Positions 1-12,210 are shown, numbered from the stretch's first letter. The stretch: 40,924 nucleotides of DNA from Octopus bimaculoides (GCF_001194135.2 NC_068989.1:89349946-89390869); one strand, 5' to 3'. Notes: a model not told the origin generated them from the sequence alone. Program-made: numbers and translations.

Positions 1-38
1 AGAAGAAGAAAATCTGTGGTTATAAAGCAGAGTTAAGA
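1..38 (+). CDS. WDR12: WDR12 internal exon, 3' end only (KKKICGYKAELR), phase-0 donor
   Basis: Frame from position 3 reads KKKICGYKAELR followed by AGA|GTAAGT. It corresponds to the KKQKTEQLGLTR segment that precedes TPIVTLSGH in human WDR12 (recalled) and joins in frame to the exon at 892. Confidence 0.8.
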
Positions 39-279
39 GTAAGTGGATCTACTTGATTGTAGACTTGGGGACAGTTTTAAAAAAAAAACACATTTTATAG
101 GATTATAGTTCTAGGTTAATAAGGTGGCGAGGAGCTGGCAGAAACATTAGCATGCTGGTCGAAATGCTTTAGTGGTATTCTGTCTGGCACTACGTTCCGA
201 GTTCAAATTCCGCCGAGGTCGACTTTGCCTTTCATCCTTTCAGGGTTGATAAATTAAGTACCAGTTACGCACTGAGGTC

Positions 280-289
280 NNNNNNNNNN
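280..289. other. Assembly gap (10 N); others at 8949-8958 and 19119-19128
   Basis: N runs. Sequence is duplicated across the first and third gaps. Confidence 1.
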
Positions 290-606
290 CAGGGTTGATA
301 AATTAAGTACCAGTTACGCACTGAGGTCGATGTAATCGACTTAAACCCTCTGTCTGTCCTTGTTTGTCCCCTCTATGTTTAAGCCCCTTGCAGGTAATAA
401 AGAAATAAGAAATGTTAGCATGCCAGGCGAAATGCTTAGCGGTATTACGTTTGTCTTTGTTCTGAGTTCAAATTCTGTCATGGTCGACTTTGTCTTTCAT
501 TCTTTTGAGGTCGATAAATTAAGTACCAGTTGCATATTGGGGTTGATCTAATTGACTGGCCTCCTCCCCAAAAATTTCGGGCCTTGTGCCTAGAGTAGAA
601 AAGATG

Positions 607-607
<1 letters not shown>

Positions 608-654
<47 letters not shown>
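608..654. repeat. (ATT)n microsatellite
   Basis: Direct reading of the sequence. Confidence 0.95.
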
Positions 655-891
655 GGGATGGATTGGCAGAATAAGACCATTAGAAAAATGCTTTACAGTT
701 TTTTTTTCCCTGGCTCTTTGTGTCTGAGTTCAAATCCTGTTGAAGTTGTCTTTATTTTTCATTCCTCCAGGGTCACTTAATGGTCTACTTGTTAAGTTCT
801 GGGGTCAGTTTTATCAGTTTGTCCCCTTTCCTCAAAAGTCTTGGCCTTTCGCCTAAAAACATTCATTATTATTATTATTTTCCTTCCTTAG

Positions 892-1032
892 GTTCCCCTG
901 CTAACACTGGCTGGTCACTCAGAGGGAATATCATCCCTATGTTGGGTGGACCGTAATCAAATCTGTACTGCATCCTGGGACCACACAATGAAGATTTGGG
1001 ATCTGGAAAAAGCTGAATGTTTAACTACAATG
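892..1032 (+). CDS. WDR12: WDR12 exon (VPLLTLAGHSEGISSLCWVDRNQICTASWDHTMKIWDLEKAECLTTM)
   Basis: Acceptor ttccttccttag, donor ATG|GTAACA, 141 nt. Canonical GH...SWD..WD WD40 repeat matching WDR12. Confidence 0.95.
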
Positions 1033-1119
1033 GTAACATTTATTTGCTTTGCCTTTTTTGATTTTGAATTCATTTTATTTTTCTTGTTTATTGAAGATAT
1101 TTAGGTATTTATCAGTGTA

Positions 1120-1487
1120 CAGGCATGGCTGTATGGGAAGAAGCTTGCTTCTCAACCACATGGTTCCAGGTTCAGTCCCACTGCATGAGCAAGTGGATTT
1201 TACTATAGCCTTGGGTCAACCAAAGCCTTGTGAGAGGATTTGGTAGACAGAAACTGAAAGAAGCCTGTCATATATATATATATTTGTGTGTGTGTCTGCC
1301 ACCACTGCTTGATAACTGGGGGTGTTGGTGTGTTTATATCCCCGTAACTTAGCAAATGAGACTGATAGTATAAATACTGGTCTTTATAAAATGGTACTGG
1401 GGTTGATTCATTTGACTAAAATTTCTTAAAGGGTGTGCCCCACCATGGCCACGGTCTAATAACTAAAACAAGCAAAAAATAAAAGAT
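1120..1487 (+). mobile_element. tRNA-derived SINE, family with internal (TA)n/(TG)n
   Basis: GGTTCAGTCCCACTG B-box-like head, GCCTTGTGAG.GGATTTGGTAGAC.GAAACTG body and CATGGCC.CAGTC..ATGACT.AAACAAG tail. Confidence 0.75.
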
Positions 1488-2524
1488 TTGTATACCAATA
1501 GTTTACGCTTGCTATGTGAATGAATTTAGATGTGAGGGAGTTTGTGATTGTTGAGTGAATAGAAGAGTGTCAGTACGACACCCATCCCAAAGCAAAGGGG
1601 ACATCTGTCCAGTTCTCTGTGGCCAAGAGATGACCGCTACTAAAGCACATACTCTCTCTCTTTCTCTGGTATAAATAAATAGAAGTCGGTTCTTTGCATC
1701 TCTCACTCTCTCTGGTAAAAAGGGGTTGAGTGTTCCTTTATCTGGTGTTAAAAGAAGTTGTCTTCACCTGCCCCTCTCGAAACGGATTTATACGTTTCCT
1801 TCTGTGGAGTCAAGGGGAAACTGTCTTTCTGCATGAGACAAAATGAAATACTTTGGTTTGTCGGTCTGTCTTTGAAAATATGTGGCTGTGTGCCACGAGC
1901 AAGAGCTTACGGTGCCAACAAGTGTTCATTCTCTGGAGAGAATGTATTTAGTTATTCATGTGAGACTATTTTCTAGAAGAGCAGAAATTCCAACATCACT
2001 CTCCTAGAAAGAGAATGGGAGTCCATCGGACTTCTTAAGGATTTATTATCCATTATTTTGGCACAAGTCCAGCAATTTTCACATCATTATTCATTAGCTG
2101 ACCTACAACACATCAATAGTAAGCCTGGAACTTATTCTGTCAGTCTCCTTTGCTAAGTGACAGGGATATAAACACACCAACACCCCCAGTTACCAAGCAG
2201 TGGTGGCAGACATACACATGCTATTAAAACTGTGGGACGTACGAAGGTGAGTACAGAATGAGTATATATTACTGTATTGAGAGGCTGCAAAGATGGGGAT
2301 GTGGCACAAATCTTTTTTACCTCAGTTTCAACATCCTATTTTAGTAGAAACAAAATGACAACCATGAAAGGTGTTTCCTCAACAAAAGTAAAACCAGTTT
2401 ACACCCACCCACCCACACACACTCTCTTCTCTTCTGTATTTTTCATTTGAAAGACTTACGTGACTCTGCTCTGCCACCATCATACCCAACGCATGTCAAC
2501 TTATTCTCACCATTATCTTTGCAG

Positions 2525-2630
2525 CAAGGATCAAAAGTTTTCCTCGACCTTGCTTATTCTCCTCTGAACCAATTGATTATCACAGGATCTGCTGATCGAC
2601 ACATTCGTCTCTGGGACCATAGAACAAATG
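2525..2630 (+). CDS. WDR12: WDR12 exon (QGSKVFLDLAYSPLNQLIITGSADRHIRLWDHRTN)
   Basis: Acceptor ttatctttgcag, phase-1 donor G|GTTTGT. DRHIRLWD is the WDR12 motif. Confidence 0.95.
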
Positions 2631-3186
2631 GTTTGTGGCCTTTCCTTATCTCTCTATCTCTTTCTCTCTCTATCTCTCTCTCTCTCTCTCTCTCATATAT
2701 ATCATCATCATCATCATCATCGTTTAACATCCGCTTTCCATGCTAGCATGGGTTGGATGATTTGACTGAGGACTGGTGAAACTGGATGGCAACACCAGGC
2801 TCCAGTCTAAATATATATCAATGATTCACATTTATTTTGAAGTGAGTTGTGAACTGCAAAATGCAGGTGTGACATTTTTAGGATGTGTGATTTGGGTAGT
2901 AAAATGTGAAATGTAACATTTCTTTTAGGCTATAATAGTATGGATATTGTCTGTTGTAGAGTGGGAGATATGAGATATTTGATGTGGTCTGTGTGGACAG
3001 CAAAGATATATATGTATGTTCTTTCATTTGTTTTTTTTTTTTAATGTGTAAAACTCTCTCTTCGTATTTGATTGTGTGTGTAACTCTCAATCTAGTTATC
3101 TTCAAGTTCAACGGTGTGTGTGCAAAAGCACGATGATGTCATTTTCTGTTTACACGTGCCAATTTCTGTTATTTTCTTGTCTGCAG

Positions 3187-3319
3187 AGGGTGCAATAGTC
3201 AAGAACAGTTTCTCTTCCCATCGAGGGTGGGTGTCCAGTGTATGCTGGTCACCCAACAGTGAAAACCACTTCATCTCAGGTTCATATGACATGCTATTAA
3301 AACTGTGGGACGTACGAAG
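3187..3319 (+). CDS. WDR12: WDR12 exon (EGAIVKNSFSSHRGWVSSVCWSPNSENHFISGSYDMLLKLWDVR)
   Basis: Acceptor ttcttgtctgcag, phase-2 donor AG|GTGAGT. Phases agree with both neighbouring exons. Confidence 0.95.
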
Positions 3320-3524
3320 GTGAGTACAGAATGAATATATTGCTACAAAGCCCCATCCATTATTTTGGCACAAGTCCAGCAATTTTCGCATCATTATCCA
3401 TTAGCTTAGTTAATCTCCATACTTTATTCTTTAGGACAATTATGTAATGGAAATTAGGAACTTAAGACCCAGATATCTTTTATCGTTGTAAGGTTAATGT
3501 TCTTAATTAAAGGTGCTCTCAGTG

Positions 3525-3875
3525 GTTTCAGGCCTGGTTGTCTGGTTAATAAGAAGCTCACTTTACGACCATGTGGTTTCGGTTGCAAAGCCTTGTGCAG
3601 CATCTTGGACATTTGTCCTCTGCTATAAGCCCTGGGCCAATCAATGCCTTGTGAGGGAATTTAGATGACAGAAACTGTGTGGAGGCCTGTCATGTATAGA
3701 CATACATGTGTGTATCTCTGTGTTTGTTCCTGCTCCCCACTTAGAGGTTCAGCAAAAGAGACTGATTAAATACATACCAGACTTTAAAATAAGTACTGCA
3801 GTCAACCTGTTCAACTAAACCCTTGAAAATGGTTCCCTAGCATAGTTGCAATCCTGTGTGTGAAACAAATAAAAG
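3525..3875 (+). mobile_element. tRNA-derived SINE, same family as 1120
   Basis: Same head, body and tail motifs, more diverged. Confidence 0.65.
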
Positions 3876-4254
3876 ATATGGTGACCATCCCTGTCTATGA
3901 TGGATGCCAATAACTTACTGCTATACAGAAAGGTTAAAAAGCATGAATATTAGTTAGAACACCTCATTCTACTCCCAGTTTTTTCTTTCCTTTCTTATAA
4001 TTCAAACCTTTAACAATTTATTTAAACCAGCCACATCTGGCCCAAATATTCTGAGTTTATGTTCAAACTGGTCAGATCTGGCCTTTCACACCTACCTTAC
4101 AATGTCTTCTAAAAATAAACACTCGCATCATTGCAGTCTCAAAACAGTCTGAATAAATAAATATAACATTTGACAGAGTAATCTGAATGCTAAAGGTTGA
4201 AAGACTATTCTTGTATTGTTATTTATCTGTTTTATACATTTGTGTTTTTTCCAG

Positions 4255-4405
4255 TCCAAAAGCTCCACTGTATAACATGACAGGTCATGAGGAAAAGATT
4301 CTTGCAGTGGACTGGTCGATTCCTGAACTTATGTTATCTGGTGGTGCTGACAAACACATGAAGATATTTCACCACACTAATGCCAAAGAATTCATTGCTT
4401 CATAA
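4255..4405 (+). CDS. WDR12: WDR12 terminal coding exon (SPKAPLYNMTGHEEKILAVDWSIPELMLSGGADKHMKIFHHTNAKEFIAS*)
   Basis: Acceptor tttttccag. KAPLY..GHE.K...VDW...LSGGAD matches the WDR12 C-terminus. TAA stop. Confidence 0.95.
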
Positions 4406-4411
4406 TATTTT

Positions 4412-4425
4412 ATTAAAGAATTAAA
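4412..4425 (+). terminator. Candidate WDR12 polyadenylation signals (two ATTAAA)
   Basis: ATTAAA at 4412-4417 and 4420-4425, followed by a T-rich tract. Confidence 0.5.
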
Positions 4426-5080
4426 AGAAAAACAGTTTTTCTTTTTGATTTTATTATTTATAGAATTCTATTAAAAAGGTTTCTTTGCAGCTGTTGATAT
4501 TAATCCCTAATCCAGGAACTGCCATTTTGATTTAAAGTTGTTGCTGGCATAAACAGTCATCAGTTTTTTTCCAATTCCAGATTTTACCTTAGAAAGGGTC
4601 ACCGAGTTGAAAGATCCGTCTTGTGGGTGTTGTTATGGCAGAGGCTGTGTAGAAGATCAAAATAACAAGAGTTTAAGCATTGTCTGTTGGAATAGATACA
4701 TTTTTGGTGTATGAGATAATACATCAACTTTCAGCTTCAATGTACAAATTTCAGGGGTTACAGCATTCATGAATGAAAGACAAATCCTAATGGAACAGGG
4801 TAGCTAGTATTTCAGGCCACATTCTGAGATGATATGGCACCTACTTTTGTTGACAGCTGTGTAAATTGAGTTGTCGCCACTCTCATTACCATAAAAACAA
4901 TGGAACTATTACATGGTCGATTGACTTGCTAGAAATAACAGCCAAGTCTTCATATTCTGTTAAAAGACTATAATGTAGTCCAGAGTTTCCAGAACAGGAA
5001 AAAGACAGGATGGTCATTGCTGGAAGCTTAGTGGATTATTAAATTGGTTTCAAATTTCAGCATTCTACCATTTACCTCTA

Positions 5081-5758
5081 CAGTGGGAGGAAATAAATAT
5101 TCATACATGTCAAAATTCTTTATTTAATTTTTAATGAACATAAATGGGATATACCAATACTATACTGCATACACATACATAAACTAATAATATACAAAAG
5201 AAACTAATAAATTTATATACAACAGGGGTTTTACAACAGGATATCGACCCTAAGCACACGGCGAAATCTACCAAAAATGGATTGTCAATCACAATATAAA
5301 ATTATTAGAATGGCCAAGCCAGTCACTTGACTTGAACCCCATTGAAAATTTGTGGCATTATTTGAAAATTAAAACTCATTCAAGAGCCCCAATGTGCATT
5401 CCAGATTTGAAGAAAATTTGTCAAGAAGAATGGGAAAAAATTCCTAGAGAAACATGCGAGTCATTGATTAAGAAATGCAAGAAGAGATTGGTTGAAGTAG
5501 AACTGAATAATGGTTATGCTACGAAGTATTAAATCAGAATTATCAGTTATTTATGTTCTGTACGAATACTTTTTTCACCCCTAAATAATTATAATTGTAT
5601 ATAAATTCATTAGTTACTCTAATTTATTAGTTTCTTTTGCATATTCTTAGTTTTTGTATGTGTATGCAAATATAGTATTGATATATCCCATTTATGTTCA
5701 TTAGAAATTAAATAAATAAAGAATTTTGACATGTACGAATATTTATTTCCCCCCACTG
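5081..5758 (+). mobile_element. Internally deleted Tc1-family (DD34E) DNA transposon with long IR/DR-type TIRs
   Basis: TA|CAGTGGG...CCCACTG|TA ends and about 135 bp of matching inverted repeat. Transposase C-terminus LQQDIDPKHTAKSTK..WPSQSLDLNPIENLW..GYATKY* (5231-5532) carries one frameshift; D-to-E spacing is 34 after correction. Confidence 0.95.
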
Positions 5759-7169
5759 TATATATGTATGTGTGTAGGATTACATCATCTAGTGCATACG
5801 TCCCCCTAAATTTTCTTACGTTTAACTTAAGGACAAGTGGGGTTTTTTTAAATTTTATTTTCCATATAAAATGTGTCAATAATCTTCTGATTGACATCTT
5901 AAGTCAAGAAAACCGAGAATTACTGCCTTACAGAATCGACTTTTTGTCGTTTGCATGACTATATTGAAACAAGGTTTGAGTCCGTATTCAACAAAACAAA
6001 GATGAAAAAAAAATAATGTAGCCCTAGATATACTGTATGGAAAGAGACAAGATAGCAATGGTTTGATCTTAATTTTAAAAGAATTGTAACAAGTTGGAAT
6101 CACTGAATTGCAAGGATCATATTTATGTCAGACGGGGTGATCTCCCTTTAGATCAAGTTGAAATAAAAATATGAAAATAAATTTTATTACCGCTAGATGT
6201 CGCATTAGTCTTGTTCAGAAAAAGAAAAGATATTTACGTAACTTTTAAAGATAATTCATATTTATTAAGAAAATATTTAATCAAAAGATAATTGTACTAC
6301 GAAAATTAATTATTCGAATTTCTTGAGAGGGAATTCACTAGTTTTAGCTATAATAACCGCAATTCACTGACAGCCGATGACGAACTTTCTCAAATATTTA
6401 TATAATTTCCTGCTCAATATTTCTGTATCACTGAACAGGCAATTTTGTGCACCAATTTCAAGTATAAAATTCTATTTCAATTCTTAATAAATACTCAACC
6501 TATCTACAATTTAAATATTTTTCATAACTTAAGTGTAGAACTACAGCCGTTTAATTGCCATCAAAATGGCCACTGTTTCGTATCTACCCCAGTCACTTGT
6601 GAAAAGACGTTTTATTTTATTAATATACAATTAAGCATTGCGGGTAACTTCAGCTGAATAAGGGGAGAATTATTTAAATAAATGACTTCACCTAATTACT
6701 TTTACCATAAAGATAGTTAACATGTCACCATTAAAACGATTTCTTCTTCAACAATATCGCATCATTATAGGAAAGAATTGTTTTAACTTTTTTCTAAAGA
6801 CAGTCTGTGTGGTCTTCTGTCCTGCAAATATCTCTCTTAAATTAATCATTACGTTATTTTTTCTTTTTGATTATAGATCAGCTCTCTTTATTAGGCAATA
6901 ATAGGTTATTAATCCTGCCATAAACAAGAGCTATTTCAAACAAGGAAAGTCGCATACAAAAAGACGGTAGGTCATGCATGGAACGTTTTTGATCATACGC
7001 CTGCTGTAGCTGTTGTTGAGCCTTGGGCCAAACGACAACATAACCGTGGAACCTACTTGTGTGTTTTCAAGTAATAGGACTGCGACCTTGCTGGGGTACC
7101 GTCATCAAGGGTTTTAGTCGGACAAATCGACCCCAGGACCTAACACACTTTCGCCGAGCCACTAACTAT

Positions 7170-7330
7170 CATTTTATTTGTTTCAGTCATTTGATTACGA
7201 CCATGCTAGAGCACCGCCTTTAGTCAAACAATTCGACCACAGGTCTTACCCTTTGTAAGCCTAGTACTTATTCTATCGGTGTCTTTTGCCGAACCGCTAA
7301 TTTACGGGGGACTTAAAAACACACACACAC

Positions 7331-7376
<46 letters not shown>

Positions 7377-7510
7377 GACGAACTTCTTCCAGCTTCCGTC
7401 TATTAAATCCTCTCACAAGGCTTTGCTCGGCCCGAGGCTAGAGTAGAAGACACTTGCCCAAGGTGTCACGAAGTGGAACTGAACTTGGAACCATGTGGTT
7501 TGTAAGCAAA
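7170..7510 (-). mobile_element. tRNA-derived SINE, same family as 1120
   Basis: TTTCAGTCATTTG..CCATGCT.GAGCACCGCC tail, (TA)n, GACACTTGCCCAAGGTG head. Confidence 0.8.
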
Positions 7511-8635
7511 TATATATAATTACGATTCGGTTGAATTGGGTACTTAAATTGAGGTACCAAGCCACAAATATAACATAAGGAAATAATGTAATAATATTTT
7601 GGTTTCTGGTATTGATATAAATTTGCTAAAAATGGTTTATCCTTTATGTTGGAAAACTATATGGACATCTACGTCTGAAGAAAGCGGTTTCTTTCAAATT
7701 GATTTAATGTTTTCATTGATCGATTAAATGGATCCGCTTGAAACGATCGTAACGCACTGATCCTTGGACATCCTTGTTACTTGTTTGCATTTTATATATA
7801 TGTATACACACACACTCTCTCCATCTCTCTTTACTGTGTGAGTAACAGTATATTCTACAATTGGTTCTCGAAGCTCGCTTTGATAAGACCTAACTAAATC
7901 AGATCAGCAGAAAACATATTCTAGTCTGATCATCCATTTTCCCCCGCTGACTCTGGAATTACAGTATTGTCTAATTTTATTTTTTTAATAATATAAAAAT
8001 TGATTTTCTGCTATTTCTACCGCACTGAATGACCATGTAGGGACTATGAGATTAAGAGATCTACTGAGAAGAAATGCAAGCAATACAAAATATCAACTCT
8101 TGAACCACCGAAAATAAAAACGAAAACTCAGTTATCAGAGGTAATAAAGAGTTACCTCCCTGTAGTTAATGGACAGATGGAAAAGTGACTGATTTTCTTT
8201 TGCAGTGCGTAATGGACATATATTGCACGTTCATTTAATATTAAAGCAAGTCCTTAAGATGCCAATTGTTATTTAAGGAAAGACATTCCAGTCGTGACCA
8301 TCTAATAGGATGTGGTTTGAGGGCTATTTGGCTGCTGCTTATAGCAAAGTGAGTGACTAGGTAGATGGTTCTTTGTTAGGAATTTAGTGAAATGGTTTGG
8401 TGAAGATAAGGCGAGAATTTGTGTGACTATTTAAAAAAAAAATTGTCTCAGTCAAAAATGAAATAAAATCTCATTCTGCCACCCCCACCTATCTTTTTAA
8501 TTTAGGAATTTGAATGCATTATTTGAGTGTTATATATATTTGTTAATTAAACGTGGATATATTGAGAGAAAATTGCACTGACTTTTTCTTTTGTAGAGCT
8601 AATGTAACTTCATAACACATACACAGAAGTAGCAA

Positions 8636-8852
8636 TCTTTTCTATTTTAGATACAAGGCCCGAAATTTTTTTGGGGTGTGGAGCAGTCGATTAAATCGAC
8701 CCCAGTACGCAACTGGTACTTAATTTATCGACCCCGAAAGGATGGAAGGTAAAGTCGACCTCGGCGAAATTTGAACTCAGAACATAAAGACAGACGAAAT
8801 ACCGCTAAGCATTTCGCCCGGCGTGCTAACGTTTCTGTCAGCTCGCCGCCTT
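8636..8852 (-). mobile_element. SINE, Meta-like family, well preserved
   Basis: Reverse complement of the family at 122-600. A deleted second copy follows at ~8866-8925. Confidence 0.8.
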
Positions 8853-9134
8853 TTTAAGCATAAATAGTCTTTTCTATTTTAAGTCCAAGGCCCGAAATAT
8901 TTGGGGAGTGCCAGTTCGCCGCCCTTCTCAGAAGTAATCATAAAAAAGNNNNNNNNNNCCAAAGCAAAAGAGTGTGAATTAAGCTTTTTTTTTTGTTCTG
9001 CGTGGATGAGGGTTTCAAATATCCCTCTAAGATGAAAAATGCAATTTTCGAAATTTTATTAAACATGCTATTTATTTATTTATGTATGTAAGCACGAATG
9101 CATGTATCTCATGTATGCGTATGTATATTCTTTT

Positions 9135-9457
9135 ATTTGTTTGTCATTTCACTACGGCCATGCTGGAGCACTGCCTTTAGTCGAGCAAATCGACCCCAGG
9201 ACTTATTCTATCAGTCTCTTTTGCCGAACCACTAATTTACGGGGACGTAAACACACCCGCATCGGTTGTCAAGCGCTGTTGTGGGGACAAACACATACAT
9301 ATATACGACAGTTTCCGTCTACCAAATCCACTCACAAGGCTTTGGTAGGCCTGAGGCTACAGTAGAAGTCACTTGCCCAAGGTGCCACGCAGTGGGACTG
9401 AACCCAGAACCATGTGGTTGGCAAGCAAGCTACTTACCACACAGTCACTCCTGCGCC
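9135..9457 (-). mobile_element. tRNA-derived SINE, same family as 1120
   Basis: Near full-length copy on the reverse strand. Confidence 0.8.
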
Positions 9458-9904
9458 GGAGGATCTGCAAGCATACGTAGACCCTCACCTTCCTCGGATG
9501 GCAGGTGTTAATGTGTGGCCATGTGTTGAATACCCAGTCCTTGAGCGACCTGAAGGGTTCCTTCCCTTTGATGGCACCAATTATAGCCTCATCTGTAGGG
9601 GTTAGATTGATCCGGCATGCATGCAGCCGTCGGTGCAGAGTTTAGTATCAACACAATGTTGCTAAAATGATGTCTTGAATTACAGCCAACACTCCAAAAT
9701 GTTAAATTCTTCCTCTTCTCTTCACGATTAGAGCTTACAATCCTATACAGAAGCCTGCTAGAAACATCAGCCATCATTTCATCACATCCCACTCTACTAC
9801 CTTAAAGAATGAAGGATCCATTGGTTAATGATATATAATTCTAGATATACCAGCCTCAATAAATGGACACCATGATCTGTACAGGATTAATATTTACTAA
9901 ACAA

Positions 9905-10100
9905 GAATGCTTTCAAATTTTAGCACAAGGCCAGCAACTTCGTGGGAGGGGGTATGTAAATTAAATCGATCCCAATATTCACCTGGTACTTGTTTTATTG
10001 ACCCTGAAAGGACGAATGGTAAAGTCAATCTTGGCAGAATTTGAACTCAGAATGTAAAGACAGAGAAAATGCTGCTACACACTGTCTGACATGCTAATGG
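9905..10100 (-). mobile_element. SINE, Meta-like family
   Basis: Shares CTGGTACTT..TTGACCCTGAAAGGA..AAAGTC..TTTGAACTC. Confidence 0.7.
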
Positions 10101-11154
10101 TTCTGCCAGCTCCCTGCCTTCGTTTACTAAACAAAGACAATAATTAGAAACTGAGACAATGTAGACCAAAGTGTCCTGGTGACAAAGACTTCTGGAAAAT
10201 TAATCTCCTTTCTGGACTGAGTGCAAATTCTACTGAAAATGATTTCTCCTTTCATCATTTTAGGGTTACTAAAATAAGTACCAGTTGAGCGATGGGTTTG
10301 ATGCAATTGACTTCACCATTCCTTGAAATTTGCTGGTCTTGTCCCAAAATTTGAAACCTATATTGAGTGTGTGTAGGTAGAAGGGAGGGAGAGAATCTCT
10401 TCATTTGCCTTGATTCCTGATGAACCAACATTAAACCTGTCAGTTGTTATGCGACCTGCTACAAACATCAAAACATCAAATCCTCACTTTATCTTAACCC
10501 CATCACACTATGTTCCTTGCTATAACAGAAACAGATTAAATGTCATCTCTGCTGGATACCTCGTAAAGCTGTAACGAATAACAGAGAAAAAGAAGATGCA
10601 GCCGTTCTTTAGTTTACCTGTAATTGTTACTGTTGAGCTGTATATGCAACCATTTATTTTATTGCTCAGAAGCCCAGGTGGAGAATAAAGTTAGACAGGA
10701 GGGTCCAGGTTTGAGGGGGTTAAAACAGAAAGAAAATATGGCTACATACACAGTACCTACAAATAGAAATTGTTGAGATGGTCATGGCTGGAATTTCTTT
10801 GGTCATATGCCTACCCAATCAGGACCAAACAACAACAATAATGAAAGCGAACTTTTATGTGATCTCTCTCCTTGCTAGAAACAGCAACTAAATTACCTTT
10901 AAAGTACACACTGTCAATATAAGAACAGAGAACTCACATTGGATAGAATGTAGTTCTGGACTCACTGTCTGAATAAAGGAGGGGATGGTCGTGGATAGAA
11001 TCACTTTGATCATAGGCCTACTCAAACAACATTGACCTGGGGATAAACAAATCTATTTCTTTTTACAATTTCCTGGTTAAATTCCCCAATTAGTGTATGC
11101 ATGTGGAATAAGGAAGGTTGGGGGGGGGGATAGCAATAATGAAAAGAGAATTAA

Positions 11155-11435
11155 TTAAAAAGATGAAAGCTTGCCTGGTGCGGTCGTGTATCCTACCACA
11201 CCTCCCTCCTGTCCAAAACCATTCTTCGTGACACAGTTGAAGGAAGGCAAAAGACAGGAAGACAGAGAAGATCCTGGTTTCACAACATCAAGGACTGGAC
11301 AGGTCATGGTACAGTGAACATGCTCATGCGTGACAGAGAACAGAGATCATTGGCAACAGCTGACTATGAAAGCATCCAGAGTGGAACCCCCCCCCCCCCG
11401 ACTGGCAGCATTGGTTAGGGGACCTTGATGATGAA
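11155..11435 (+). mobile_element. RTE-type LINE 3' fragment
   Basis: LAWCGRV..LSKTILRDTVEGRQKTGRQRRSWFHNIKDWTG..DREQ, ending in a TGATGATGA tail. Confidence 0.8.
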
Positions 11436-11539
11436 TAATAAAAACAACTAAAATTCTTCAAGGAAGCCCCTCTGTGGGTCTGTTCTACCATCAGAGAGGA
11501 AACAAAATGTTGCACTGCATAATAGCCATGGACTTCTTT

Positions 11540-11865
11540 TAGCTGTCAATGAACTGTGGCCATGCTGGGGCACCACTTTGAGGGGTTTAGTCAAACAAAC
11601 TGACACCAGTATTTATTTAAGACTGGTACTTATTCTATTGGTCACCTTTGTTGAACTGCTAAGTTATAAGAATGTAAACAAACCAACAGTAGGGGGTGGG
11701 GAGAGACAAACACACACACATATATGTGATGAATTTCCACAGTTTCCCTGTACCAAATTCACTCACAAGCCATTGGTTGGAGCCATAATAGAAGACACCT
11801 GCTCAATTGGATTGAACCTGAAACCATGCGGTTGCAAAGTGGGCCTCTTAACGACACAGCCATGC
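11540..11865 (-). mobile_element. tRNA-derived SINE, same family as 1120
   Basis: Same motifs, diverged. Confidence 0.7.
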
Positions 11866-12204
11866 CTGAGTTACAGCTTCTTAACTTTAGTTAGGACTGA
11901 ACCCTTACATCCACCTCTGCTATGACAAAAATCGCAACCTGGTCCTTTGCAATGGCTAAACTCCCTCAGCTGTGAACTTTCAGGTTGGCTTTCTCCAGAA
12001 GCTGACCCATACGACAATTAACAAAGGATCTTCTATCAGATCAGAACAAAACAAGGTGACACATGGTACATTAGTCATACAATAGGAGCATGTGGTGCAT
12101 TATGTTAGCCTTGTTGTTTCACCACTATATGTTTGTGTGTGTGTGTGTGAAATGTATGTATGTATAGAAAAAAAAAATGGATGTTAAAATAGAAATGGAT
12201 ACAA

Positions 12205-12210
12205 TTTATT
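12205..12210 (-). terminator. AATAAA overlapping the ZNF106 stop codon
   Basis: Minus strand reads CAA TAA A, followed about 30 nt later by a T10 tract. Confidence 0.55.

Larger units (their letters stand above)
122..880 (+). mobile_element. Cluster of three tRNA-derived SINEs with a Meta-domain-like core and (ATT)n tails
   Basis: GAGTTCAAATTC B-box and GACTTTGCCTTTCATCCTTTC.GGGT.GATAAATTAAGTACCAG core, which recur many times in the window. Contains the gap at 280-289. Confidence 0.75.

Noticed and set aside
241-328. Apparent direct duplication across the gap; also ~18970-19118 versus 19129-19278
   Set aside because: Identical sequence on both sides of 10-N gaps is most simply unmerged contig overlap.
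586-780. Poly-Ile ORF; likewise the CV/YI-rich ORFs at 18763-19225 and 23384-23955
   Set aside because: Translations of microsatellites and SINEs.
1512-2040. Possible solo LTR (TATA-like GGTATAAATA, CT-rich tract)
   Set aside because: No clear TG...CA ends, TSD or second copy in the window; left unclassified.
39-4254. Intronic snoRNAs in WDR12 (ribosome-biogenesis genes often host them)
   Set aside because: I found no convincing C/D box pair with a terminal stem, nor an H/ACA layout, by eye. An Infernal/Rfam scan would be needed.
5332-5532. 66-aa ORF as an independent gene
   Set aside because: It is the C-terminal remnant of the Tc1 transposase, beginning at a TTG inside the catalytic motif.
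9470-9790. Reading-frame-like stretch on - (RINLTPTDEAIIGAIKG..DWVFNTWP)
   Set aside because: It contains stops and has no motif I can assign. Possibly a retroelement remnant, but unsupported.
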